A DNA stretch of 64,000 nt from Takakia lepidozioides (lineage: Eukaryota > Plantae > Bryophyta): positions 22,568,001-22,632,000 of the forward strand of contig CM060731.1 in assembly GCA_030704615.1 (NCBI GenBank), given 5' to 3'. Shown piece after piece: positions 37,320 through 49,417 of the stretch. The translations under genes and the position numbers were made by a program. Each line of letters starts with the position of its first letter. Positions within the stretch are counted from its first letter, which is position 1. The notes beneath the pieces are model-generated. The model ran no database searches. It saw only the letters and a list, made by a program, of their open reading frames with translations, and was not told the DNA's origin.

Positions 37320-40055
37320 CTACTTCAGGACACCTCTGTCCTGTATCACTTTTCTCACCTTTGCTGTATCATCCCACCTCCCAGCAGCAGCATAAATGTT
37401 CGATAACAGCATGTAGGTTGCCGCATGCTGGGGATCCAATGTGAGAAGGCATTTTGCTGCACGCTCTGCTACTTTCACATTGCCATAGATTCTGCAGGCA
37501 CCGACCAATGCCCCCCACACCTCAACATCTGGTTCAATTGGCATTCTCTTAATGAAGTCCTCTGCCTCCTCCAATCGGCCTGCACGGCCGAGGAGGTCCA
37601 CCATGCACCCAAAATGCTCAACTGCAGGAGTGAGGCCATGATCTCGAATCATGGAATCGAAGTAATGACAACCTTCATCAACTAGACCCACATGGCTACA
37701 AGCAGAGAGAACACATGTAAAGGTGATATTGTTTGGCTTGAGGCCTTCCTGTTGCATTTGTTCAAATAGTTGCAGGGCCTCCCTGCCAGATCCATGATGG
37801 AGATACCCTGCAATCATCGCACTCCATGAGGCCACATCTCGTGTAGCAATATTGTTAAACACTTGAAGTGCATCCTCTACACTACCACATTTTCCATACA
37901 TACTAACAAGAGTATTCTCCAAATTAATATATGGCACAATTCCAGCTTTGATAATGTCAGCATGGATCCATTTGCCCTTTTCCAAGGCTGCCAGACTAGT
38001 ACACGCATTGAGAATGCAAATAAACGTAACCTTGTCGGGCATCACTCCGTCCTGTATCATTTCCTCATAGAGCTTGAAGGCCTCCATACTACACCCATGC
38101 TGAGTATATCCTGTGATCATTGCATTCCATGAGACCACATCCCGTTCAGCCATACTGTCAAAAACTTGACGAGCAACTTTCATGCTCCCACATTTTGCAT
38201 ACATGTGGACTAGGGCATTCTCCAAATTTATATATGGCTCAATTCCAGCTTCAATGATGTCATCATGGACCTCTCTACCCTTTTCCAGTGCTGCCAGGTT
38301 GGCGCACACAGTGAGAATGCAAATAAATGTGACCTTGTCGGGTGTCACCCCTTTCCGTACCATTTGGTCATAGGTCTCAAAAGCCTCCAGAGCAAACCCA
38401 TGCTGAGCACATCCTGCAATCAATCCATTCCATGACACCACATTTGGTTGCGTCATATTGTCCAACACTTGCCGGGCGGCATTCAAGTCGCTACATTTGG
38501 CATACATATCAACAAGGGCATTCTCCAGATTGATGTATGGTGCAATTCCGAATTTGATGATGTCAGCATGGACCTCTTTGCCCTTTCGCAGGGCTCCCAG
38601 GCTAGCACATGCATTGAGAACAGAAATGCATGTGACCTTGTTGGGCATTACCCCTTCCAGTATCATTTGCTCATAGATCTCCACAGCCTCTATACTACAC
38701 CCATGCTTAGTATATCCTGCAATCAACACACTCCATGAGGCCACATCTCGTTCAGACATATCCTCAAACACTTGATGTGCGTCCTTCATGCTCCCACATC
38801 TCGCATACATGTCTACAAGAGTATTCTCCAGAATGATATCCGGTGGAATTCCAGATTGGATGATGTCAGCATGAATTCCTTTGCCCTTTCCCAAGGCTGC
38901 CAAGCTTGCACATGCATTGAGAATGCAAATGAATGTGACTTTGTCTGGCATTCCTCCTTCCTGTTTCATCTGCTCATAGATCTTGAAAGCCTCCAGACTG
39001 AACCCATGTTGAGAGTATCCTGTGATCATCACACTATATGACACCACATCTCGTTTACACATGTTGTCAAAGACTTGACGTGCATGATTCACACTTCCAC
39101 ATTTGGTATACATATTGACAAGGGTATTCTCCAAGTTAATATAAGGAGCAATCCCAGCTTCCACGATGTGAGCATGGATCTGTTTACCCTTTTCCAGGGC
39201 TTCCAGGCTGGCGCATGCGTCGAGAACGCAAATGTATGTCACTTTGTCACGCTTCACCCCTTCCTGGACCATTTGCTCGTAGATCTCAACAGCTTCCCTA
39301 CCATAGCCATGCTGAGCATATCCTGTGATCATCGCATTCCATGCTACGACATCTCGTCGACCCATATTGTCAAACACCAGACGCGCATCAATCATATTCC
39401 CGCACTTGGCATACATGGCAGCAAGGGCAGTCTCTAGAATAAAGTCTGGTGCAATTCCAGCTTTGATGATGTCAGCATGAATCCTTTTGCCCTTCTCCAG
39501 GGCTCGTAAGCTGGCGCATGCCTTTAGAACACAAATAAACGTGATGGTGTTGGGTGTCACCCCTTTGCATAACATTTCCTCATAGAGCTCAAAAGCCTCC
39601 CTACCAAACCCATGCTTCACATATCCTGCCATCACCATAGTCCACGTGACCACATCTCGTTCAGGCATTTTGTCAAATACTAGGCGTGCATCCACCACAC
39701 TTCTGCACTTGGCATACATATTGACAAGTGTGTTGAGTAGAAAGAGGTTGGGCTTGCATCCACTTTTGATCATGTGCGAGTGCACCTGCTTTCCCATTTC
39801 AAGGTTTTCCATTTTGATGCATTCCTGCAACAGGCAGACATAAGTATCAGAGTCTGCTGAAATGCTGTGGTTGGTCAGATTCTGCAGCGCCTCTCTCAAA
39901 TGTCCTGCCTTACATAGTGACCTCAGATCACCAGATTGTCCTCGACCTTGTATCATAGCTGGCGCTGCTTTCACATAAGCAGGGTCTGACCAGCCCTTGA
40001 CGCAAAGGGTGTTTTTTGTGCACTTATCAATTAAGTCTGTTGATCTTGGACTTCT
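37320..40055 (-). CDS. PLS-E PPR protein (~23 motifs), 'PPR-B'; degenerate PDF half-motif at exon start; E+/DYW lost
   Basis: Open frame of ~910 codons after acceptor ggttcttgcag. Seven MY.KC S-motifs, P2L2S2 and E. Stop after RGVLK, then a decayed E+ remnant (GHS*KEVDNRVQTW...CPHIE). True start unknown. Confidence 0.85.
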   Translation of the reverse strand, partial: RSPRSTDLIDKCTKNTLCVKGWSDPAYVKAAPAMIQGRGQSGDLRSLCKAGHLREALQNLTNHSISADSDTYVCLLQECIKMENLEMGKQVHSHMIKSGCKPNLFLLNTLVNMYAKCRSVVDARLVFDKMPERDVVTWTMVMAGYVKHGFGREAFELYEEMLCKGVTPNTITFICVLKACASLRALEKGKRIHADIIKAGIAPDFILETALAAMYAKCGNMIDARLVFDNMGRRDVVAWNAMITGYAQHGYGREAVEIYEQMVQEGVKRDKVTYICVLDACASLEALEKGKQIHAHIVEAGIAPYINLENTLVNMYTKCGSVNHARQVFDNMCKRDVVSYSVMITGYSQHGFSLEAFKIYEQMKQEGGMPDKVTFICILNACASLAALGKGKGIHADIIQSGIPPDIILENTLVDMYARCGSMKDAHQVFEDMSERDVASWSVLIAGYTKHGCSIEAVEIYEQMILEGVMPNKVTCISVLNACASLGALRKGKEVHADIIKFGIAPYINLENALVDMYAKCSDLNAARQVLDNMTQPNVVSWNGLIAGCAQHGFALEAFETYDQMVRKGVTPDKVTFICILTVCANLAALEKGREVHDDIIEAGIEPYINLENALVHMYAKCGSMKVARQVFDSMAERDVVSWNAMITGYTQHGCSMEAFKLYEEMIQDGVMPDKVTFICILNACTSLAALEKGKWIHADIIKAGIVPYINLENTLVSMYGKCGSVEDALQVFNNIATRDVASWSAMIAGYLHHGSGREALQLFEQMQQEGLKPNNITFTCVLSACSHVGLVDEGCHYFDSMIRDHGLTPAVEHFGCMVDLLGRAGRLEEAEDFIKRMPIEPDVEVWGALVGACRIYGNVKVAERAAKCLLTLDPQHAATYMLLSNIYAAAGRWDDTAKVRKVIQDRGVLK

Positions 40056-40148
40056 CTGCAAGAACCACCAGCCATAAATCAAATGTATCCTTGCATAGGC
40101 CAGCATACATCCACCAGAACTCCAAGCATCTTTCAAAAGTTGCTTGTT

Positions 40149-42550
40149 TCACCAGTGATCCCAGAAGATCAAACCCCATATTGGAAGAGTAAAAAGGAGT
40201 GGGCACCCAGTACAACTGCCGGTCCAATACTCTTTTGAGTTGACTATGGTGGCTGTGCATAAGTCACCACAAACTTGGAGGTTCTTGAAGACAGGGGTAG
40301 TTACCCCAGCAAGGTCTATTAATGAGCCCAAAAGAATAGCCAGCTTCTCACTATCATGGCCAAGATGAACTTCCTGTTGCTCCTCCTTCACATGTTGCAT
40401 GAGGCACATAGTTGGCTTGCTTCAATTGCCTGGACAATTCTGTATGCACCTGTCTCCTGTATCCTTCTCAGCTTTGCTGCATCGTCGCACCTGCCAGTGG
40501 CAGCAGAGATATTTGACAGCAGCACGTAAGTTGCAGCATCCTCTGGATCCAACTTGAGAAGGCATTGAGCTGCACGTTCTGCCACCTCCACATTGCCATG
40601 AATTCTGGAGGCACCAAGCAGGGCCCTCCACACTGCAGCACTTGGTTCCTGTGGCATTTCCTTGATGATGTCCTCTGCCTCTTTGAAACGTCCGGCACGG
40701 CCAAAAAGGTCCACCATGCAGCCAAAATGCTCCGTTCTGGGAGCGAGTTCTTGACTCATGGAATCAAAGTAGTGACAGCCTTCCTCCACGAGGCCAACAT
40801 GGCTACATGCAGATAAAATACATATGAAGGTCATACCATTTGGTTTCAAGCCATATTGCTGCATTTGTTCAAATAGTTGAAGGGCCTCCCTTCCATACCC
40901 ATGCTGAGCATATCCTGCAATCATCACAGTGAAAGCAACCACGTCTGGTTGAGCCATATTGTCAAATACTTGGCATGCGTCCTTCATGGTCCCGCATTTG
41001 GCATACATGTTAAGTAAGGCAGTCTCCAGAACGATATCAGAAGTAATTCCAGCTTTTTTTATGTCCACATGGATCTCCTTTCCCTTTTCAAGGGCTGCCA
41101 GGCTAGCACACACATTCAGAACACAAACAAATGTGACCTTATTGGGTGTCACCCCTTCCTGTACCATTTGCTCATAGAGTTTGAAAGCCTCCACACCACA
41201 CCTATGCTGATCATATCCTGTGATCATTGCACTCCATGTGACCACATCTCGTTTAGCCATACTGTTGAACACTTGAGATGCATCATTCATGCTCCCACAT
41301 TTTGTGTACATGTTAACAAGTGCAGTCTCCAGAATAATATCTGATGTAATTCCCGCTTTGATGATGTCACCATGGATCTCTCTACCCTTTTCCAGGGCTG
41401 GCAGGCTTGCACATGCATCGAGAACACAAACAAATGTGACCTTGTTGGGTGCTACCCCTTCCCGTTTCATTTCCTCATAGGTTTCCAAAGCCTCCCTACC
41501 AAACCCATGCTGAGCATATCCTGCAATCATTGCACTCCATGACACCACATCTCGATGAACCATTTTGTTGAACACTTCCCATGCACCACTCATACTCCCA
41601 CATTTGGCATACATGTTGAGAAGGGCAGTCTCCAGAAACATATCTGGTGTGATTCTAGCTTTGATGATGTCAGCATGCACGTCTTTGCCCTTTTGCAGGA
41701 CTGGCAGGCTGGCACATGCATTGAGAGTGCAGATGAAAGTCACTTTGTCCGGCGTCACCCCTTCCCGTAGCATATTGTCATAGATCTCAAAAGCCTCTGT
41801 AACACACCCATGCTGAGCATAGCCTGCGATCATTGCATTCCATGAGACCACATCTTGATGAGCCATATTGTTGAACACTTGCCGTGCATCCTTCATGCTC
41901 CCACACTTCGCATACATGTTCATAAGGGTATTCTCCAAATTAATACTGGATGCAATGCCAGTTTTGATGATATCAGCATGCACCTCTTTGCCCTTTGTCA
42001 GCTCTCCCAGGCTGGCACATGCCTTGAGAATGCAACTGAAGGTGACATTGTTGGGTGTCACCCCTTCCCCTATCATTTGCTGATAGATCCTAAAAGCCTC
42101 TCTACCACACCCATGCTGAGCATATCCTGCCATCATTATAGTCCACGTAAACACATTTTGTTCAGGCATTTTGTCAAATACTAGGCGTGCATCCACCAAG
42201 CTTCCACACTTGACATACATATTGACAATGGTGTTGAGTAAAAAGATGTTTGGCTCCAATCCACTTAGTATAATCTGGGCGTGCACCTGTTTTCCCATTT
42301 CAAGATTTTCAATTTTGATGCACTCCCGCAAGAGACAAACATAAGTCTTGGAGTCTGCCAAAATGCCTTGATTATTCAAAATGCCCATAGCCTCTTTCAG
42401 TTGTCCTGCCCTACATAGTGTCCTCACATCACCAGATTGTGCTCCACTTTGCAACATGACAACTAGCCCTGCTTTCGGATTTGACCAACCCTCAATCCAA
42501 AGGGCCTTCTTTGTGTTCTTATGTCTGAAATCTAGTGATCTTGGACTATT
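40149..42550 (-). CDS. PLS-E PPR protein (~17 motifs), 'PPR-C', with frameshifted degenerate DYW; possibly a pseudogene
   Basis: Exon starts after ctccacag with NSPRSLDFRHKNTKKALWIEGWSNP, in frame with ORF 40388-42457. DYW remnant in another frame (GHDSEKLAI..KNLQVCGDLC..WDHW) has lost zinc ligands. Confidence 0.8.
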
Positions 42551-44997
42551 CTGTGGAGACCACCAGTGGGCAGCTGAGCAGCCATAGCTTCAACCACAGC
42601 CTCAAAGAGACCAGGCCACATAGCTCCAGGCACATAACAAGGAACGACCTTGAACAACCTAATCAGACAACCCCCTGATAACAACAGTGATGACCTTGTT
42701 TTAGTGATGAAGAGGAAAACAGACTGGGGTACAATCCAGTTCACAGAACATCATCTTGCCGGGTTCCCTCAAAAGCCCTCCTCTTCCCCATCCTAACTGG
42801 CTTACTGTTTTCAGGTGGATAGGACATTACACTCGAGGCTCACCTTGGCATTTTTTGAAAGAATGTCGTCTTCTTTGACATTAGCATCCACAACCATAGC
42901 ATAAGTCCTGTCCCCTTGCTTCACATGGTAACGTGCATTCTCAGGCAGCATATCCCAACCCTCCAACCTGGTCCCCCGACATTGTCTTTATCAATGTCAG
43001 TGTTCCATTAGGAGTGACAAAGGATGTAAAAATAACATTATCCCACTTGTGCTTTCTCATCTCAGAGCTCTCAGCCCACATAATATGACTTGATCAACCT
43101 TAGGAGCACAGTCCGTACTGGTTACTGTTGCTGCCTGGACTCATTGATCATTCATCTCTACCCTAGACATCACAATTACACAATCTGTCATAATGCACAC
43201 CCCTACCTGAGGCGAGGTACTTTTTTGCGCACCTTACGGAAATTAAGCTGCATGTTCTAATTTTCTCTTTTTGTCCACTCTATTACATGCAGCAGCCCAT
43301 TTTCTCTAGTCTCTACTGGTCTGGATTCGGCTAGAAACAGTTTGGGATAACTCTGGGTAGGGAAAATGCAGAGGGAGCACAGTGTACAGCCTCACACCTT
43401 CCCCAAGCTCTCAGCATAGGGCCAGGCTTGCAAGCAACGTAGCCTCGGGAAGGCTTGTGAGGCCACACTGAGATGGCTCGATGATGTGCCTGGAAGGAGG
43501 TGACGAAGGTCATGATGTTCCGATGCAGGGACGCCATGCCCCCTACGCGTGCCATGCTTACTGTAGGCGCTGTCATGGCTCATCTTTCTCCAACTCTTCA
43601 ACCCAAATCGTGAAATTTTTTCTCAGTACAGAAAAGAAGCAAAGAGGAAACAAGGAAAAAACGCAAGTCGTTCAGAGTGTGTTAAGAGAAAATCAAGCTA
43701 TCGACCTGCTGGAGCATTTCGCTGAAGCACCTGCAGGGGGTAGCCAACGGGTAGTACAAGCATCAACCCACCGCCACCATCGCCAGAGGCGAGAACTTTG
43801 CAGGCCCAACCACCGACGTACTACCAAAATCATATCCCTACACCAGACACACATTCTTATGAGCATCCCAATTTTACGTGCCCATGCCCCTAACGACATT
43901 GAACAGACCAAAAATTCAAGCTAGACCGGCTGTGTATGTGAGCGTTAGTGAGAGAACAGGTGAAAATCTATAGAGAGGGTTTTAGAGCATACAGAAAAGA
44001 AGAGATTAAAATGGTAAACAACTTGATGCTACATATTGTAAGCATTCCACACCCTGGACTACTTGGACACTTACCACCCAGATACAACAGTACAGACATG
44101 CCGGTACTGTCTCAGTAGAAATTGCACTTCAAAATGCTATTGTCCATGGAGAGTGGTCATCCTCTCCATGCTTCCAGATCTTACCAAGAGTTGGAAGTGT
44201 CTCTATCACAACCGAACCCGTCTTCTGCCAGCTGATGTCAATGCGCCACACCTGCAACCTGTGTCTGAAATAACTCCATCACTGGCTTTAGCAGCATGCA
44301 GCCCAAGTCTTCCTTTTCCAAGCATGATCTGCATATCCAGCTTCCGCAAGGGCTCTCAATGACAAGGTTACACATCATCATCTTTCGTATGTGGAGCCGC
44401 GTTGGTGGGTGCCCTACCAATCGCAGTAAGAATCTCCATAACACAATAATGACCCGGGGCAGCTGACCGGTACCTAGTCGGCTGGAAACTGAACTTAAAG
44501 GCCTCCTCCAACATGCGCTATGTATGCGATAGTATGAAAAGTGACGGACGTCAGCAAGATCAGAGAGCGCGAGGATTTATGGCGTGGGTTTTTTTATGGC
44601 TTTGAATCCGCTTCATGTGCTCCGTCGTTGAGAGGACAGAATGTTCATGAGAGATGAGATGAGAGAGCCATGCAATGATACCTGTAATCAGAATCTCATT
44701 TGTGCCCAGGTTCCGATTGCTTTTGCTGTAAATTCATCGGCTCCCGCTGTGCTTTACAGAGTTATCCCCTGAAAAGCGTTTTGTAGTGGCTTGCCATCGC
44801 ATTCAGCAACTATCAGCTAGCAAGATTCCGGTTAATGGAGTGGAGTGACATGATTATACATGATCCCAAAATATAGGAAGGTTGAGGGAACTATAGCTGC
44901 TGACGGGTCAGTCAGTACACTTCAAAAGCTTCTGTCCTCCCTTACCAGCTTTTTAGTACTCAGAGATTGACAAGCGCATCACTGGTGAAAGACATCC

Positions 44998-47900
44998 ATG
45001 ATCACCTCTGTCCTTATTCGGAGCCAGACTCTACGCCACGACGTAGAGAAATTTCAAAGCACGGCAGAATTCCCCCGCGAGAGTGCCTTGGTCACCTGTG
45101 CCCTGTCTGGGAGCCATCCAGGCTCACAAATATCATTGATCTACACCAGCCATGGTGCTTCAAAAACTTTAGAGGATGGTCAAAGAAGAACTGTGGAGGA
45201 ACGTGAGTATGGTGGACCCCCTTATACGACTCCATCAGCTTCTTTAGAATCTGCTACGTTGTCTGGAACCTCAGGTATAATTCTTTCATTCCATTCGCTG
45301 ATGTGGGTTGGTGTGCGTGTGAGAGAGAGAGAGAGAGAGAGAGTACCCATAACTCGTAGTTTGCCGAGCCTTGTGGCCATAGACCTCGCCCAGACAAGAG
45401 GGAACAGACACTAGCTTTGTGAGGGGCACTCCTGTAAGACCTTGATATAAAGGACTAGGCCCTGCAGGTAATCCTCAAGTGTGCGTGTGTGTTTGTGAGA
45501 GAGAGAGGAATCCTCAATATGAATGCTCAGTGGGCCTTTGGCAATCAGGAGCTGAGTGGTCCTTGCATGCAGAAAAGGCAATGAATGTGGAACGACTGTG
45601 GCAGGAGTTCATGGCAGATCCTTCCCAGTGGTGGGACAACAGGTTTGATAAGGTGTGGCTACCTACACTGCACTCTGTCGTTTTCCGTTCTCGATGATAG
45701 GGGAGTGAGGGTTCTCTGATTGACTTGGGCATGATGATATCTACTGGTTTGACGATGGTTTTAGTTGCTTACTTAAATGACGATCATTTGTCTGTCCTAC
45801 GTATCATGGATTGAATTACATCTAGGTTGTTGTTGACATGAACTGTGGTGATAAGTGAAGAGTCTGGAATTGAGACGGCAGTTGGTGTGTCCTCTGTCTG
45901 AAAAGATACTTGAAAAACCTTGGTGGGTGTAGCTGGTCTATATGGGGGAGTTGAACACATGGCTCATCAGCAACAGATTGGTGGTTTTTACAGAGAAATC
46001 CCAATTTCCCGGACTTCAAACATAAGATAACAAGGGAGGGCCTATGGATTGATGGTCGGTCAAACCCTCCTTGGGTACAAGCAGAGCTAGCCACTGTGAT
46101 ACAAACTGAAGCTCAATCTAGTGATAGTTCCAATTGCAATTTGCAGCATGGACCAACTGGTTCCAGGGAGGAAGCAACCAAGACTTCATCCGGCACTTTG
46201 GAAGATGTAAGGCAGCTGTGTAAGGAGGGAAGATTGAAGCAGGCACTGCATATTCTGGCACAGCCAAGAGTTCGAGCGGATCCTCATACTTATGTCTGTC
46301 TCTTGCATGTGTGTGCCAACATGAAAGCCCTGGCAGAGGGAAAGCAAGTGCATGCCCACATGATCCAAAGTAAATTCAAGCCAAGCATGTTTGTACGCAA
46401 GTCCCTTGTCAAGATGTATACCCAGTGTGGGAGCATGGTAGATGCTCAAGAAGTGTTTGAGAAAATGCCTGAACGAGATATACTCACGTGGACTTCGATG
46501 ATGGCAGGCTATGCCAAGTATGGGCTTGCTGAAGATGCTCTCCAAATCTATGAGCAAATGCAACTGGACGGGTTGAAACCTGACAGTGTCACATTCATCT
46601 GTGCTCTCAATGCATGTGCCAGTCTAAGAGCCCTAGGAAAGGGGAAGAGTATCCATGCAGACATCATCAAAGCCGGAATTGTATCTTACATCAATTTGGA
46701 CAATACCCTCATTGACATGTATGCCAAATGCGGGAGCATGCAGGATGCCCGTCACATATTTGACAAAATGTCCAAACGAGATGTGGTCTCATGGAATGCA
46801 ATCATTACAGGATATGCTCAGCATGGGCAAGGTGAAGAGGCCCTCAGTCTCTATGATAAAATGCGACAGGAAGTTGTGACACCCAACAGGGTCACCTTTC
46901 TTTCTGTTCTAAAGGCATGTGCCAGCCTTGAAGCTGTGGAAAAGGGCAAACAGATCCATGCTTGCATCATCAAAGCTGGAATTTTGCCAGACATTATGCT
47001 GGAGAATACCCTTGTTGACATGTATGCGAAATGCGGGAGCATGGAGGATGCTCGTAAAGTGTTCGACAAAATGGCCAAACAAGATGTAGTCTCATGGAAT
47101 GTGATGATTGCAGGATATGCTCAGCATCAGCACAATGAAGAGGCTCTAGCACTCTTTGAGCACATGCAACAGCAAGGCATCATACCAGACAGGGGCACAT
47201 GCATTTGCGTTCTCAATGCATGTGTCAGTCTAGGGGCCCTGGAAAAGGGCAAGGGGGTTCATGCCTACGTCCTCAAAGCTGAACTTTTGCCAGACGTTAT
47301 GTTGGAGACAACCCTTGTTGACATGTATGCCAAGTTTGGGAGTGTTGAGGATGCACATCAAGTATTTGACATGATGACGAAACGAGACGTGGTCTCATGG
47401 AGTGCGATGATAGCAGGATTCGCTCAGAATGGGTGTGGTAGGGGAGCACTTCAACTATTTGAAGAAATGCAAGATGAAGGCTTGAAGCCTGACAGTATCA
47501 CCTTCATTTCTGTTCTCTCTGCATGTGGTCACGCAGGCCTCCTGGATGAAGGCCATCACTACTTTGATTACATGAGTAAAGATCTTGGCCTCACGCCTAC
47601 AGAGGAGCACTATGTATGCGTAGTGGACCTTCTTGGTCGTGCAGGGCAACTGGACAAAGCAGAGGACTTCATCAACAGAATGCCGATGGAACCAGGTGCT
47701 ATGGTGTGGAGGGCTTTGCTTGGTGCCTGCAGAATCCATGGGAATGTGAAGGTAGCAGAACATGCTGCAACATCCATTCTAAGGAGTGATCCCCAGCACC
47801 CTGCAGCTTATGTGATGCTGTCAAACATCTACGCTGCGGCTGGCAGGTGGGATGACAAAGCAAGAGTGAGAAAATTGATGGAGGACAGGAGTGTCAGAAA

Positions 47901-48312
47901 GGAACTTGGACGCAGCCTTATTGTGGTCAACAATCAGGTGCATACGTTCATTGTAGAAGACAAATTGCATCCTCAAATTGAGCAAATCCATGCTGAACTG
48001 TTGAGATTGTCTGGACCGATGAAGGAGGCGGGTTATGTGCCTGACACACGCTTTGTATTGCACGATGTGGAGGAGGAGCAAAAGGAAATCTCTCTTTGCC
48101 ACCACAGTGAGAAGCTGGCCATTGCTTTTGGGCTCATTAGCACACCCCCTGGGACGCCTGTCCGTATCATCAAGAATCTTCGGGTGTGTGGTGACTGCCA
48201 CTCCGCCACCAAGTTCATCTCCAAAATCGTTGGGCGAACAGTTGTTGTGCGGGATGCCATGCGCTTTCACCACTTCCAAGATGGGGTTTGTTCTTGTGGT
48301 GACTACTGGTAG
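44998..48312 (+). CDS. PDF-motif PLS-E-DYW PPR RNA-editing factor, 'PPR-A' (~14 motifs, intact DYW)
   Basis: Predicted exons 44998-45274, 45573-45652 and 45994-48312 are phase-compatible. Intact [15 protein letters not shown] and CSCGDYW. The 5' exon and start codon are tentative. Confidence 0.88.
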
Positions 48313-49417
48313 AACAAGTAATCTGTGAACAGAATAATTTCCTAGATGCTGCAGTCAGTACCTCACTTTTAATGAGCGTTCCTGGTTATGATGGCGATTG
48401 AAATGTGGCTGTCCAACAACAGCAATGAAGTCACCACACGTTCTTGGAGGTAATGCCAGTTGGCAAAGGAACTACACCGCTGAGGTAGAGACCAAGGTGT
48501 TGATGAAAGGTAGACCTCAAAACCACAGCCGGGGTAGTTCCAAGATCTGCATATCAATTCAACCCTCAATCCAGGATATTTGTTCAGATTCAAAATGCAG
48601 GAAGGAGAAGCAAAACCCAGCTTTCAACGGAGTGTTATGGAGGATATCCAGCATTGGACAGTGGATGATGCATTCAAGAAAGGGTTGGAGCTTGACCATT
48701 CCATCCCAACTGAGGGCAAGATCCAAGGACTCCTCCAGTTAAAAGTAAAAAGAGAGAGCGTGCATGGGCATCCAGCTAGCTCTTTCTGTCGTCAAAGAGA
48801 TAGCAACTGTCCTGTGGAAAAGTAAGGAAGAAACCTGTGATTGACCACGTCCACAGTGCACAACAGCTACAAAACTTCTGACTGTGCAGTGCAACTGGAC
48901 AACTGTGAGTTTGACCTGAGGTTGGAAATCATGAAGGTTGTCTGTAGGGGGTTGAGCGTGAGCACCACACCTAGCAAACACCAGAAGTTTCAATGTAGAA
49001 GGGATGCTGCTAGGATTATGATATACTTATTTACAGCCACATCAGAAAGTCGTTCATACTTTTACTTCCTGGTGGGAACCATGGCTAAATGTGGGAAGCC
49101 ACTTGCTGTTGTCACTGAAAGGTGCCTATTATTTTACTTCAGCAGAGTAATATCTTCACCTCATGGAGATTGATTCATGCCGCTAATCATCAATAGGAAG
49201 TTATCAAGCGGACTCTGAGCATTCACAGGGGCTGTGCAAAGGAAGTATGCAGCGACCCCAAGATTGTAATGCAAGCATCAATACTTTATTGAGAGCCCGC
49301 CCTGAGAATTCAATATACAGAATACTGTACAAGGAATAAAGCCAATGCTTGAACAGATAAAAATTGGCTTACAAATTGCTAACCTCCAAAGTACTTATCC
49401 ATTTTCTAGCATCAAAT

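Noticed and set aside
40056-40136. ORF-track N-terminus of the 938 aa PPR (MKDAWSSGG...)
   Set aside because: Lies upstream of an acceptor conserved in all four paralogues, so probably intronic.
37425-42184. Many periodic antisense ORFs (65-120 aa) opposite the PPR genes; likewise near 46-48 kb and 57-59 kb
   Set aside because: Shadows of the 303 bp PLS repeat period and codon bias, with no independent homology.
47980-48312. Possible U-to-C (DYW:KP-type) editing domain
   Set aside because: Both intact DYW domains have canonical HHSEKLA/CGDCH/DYW, typical of C-to-U enzymes.
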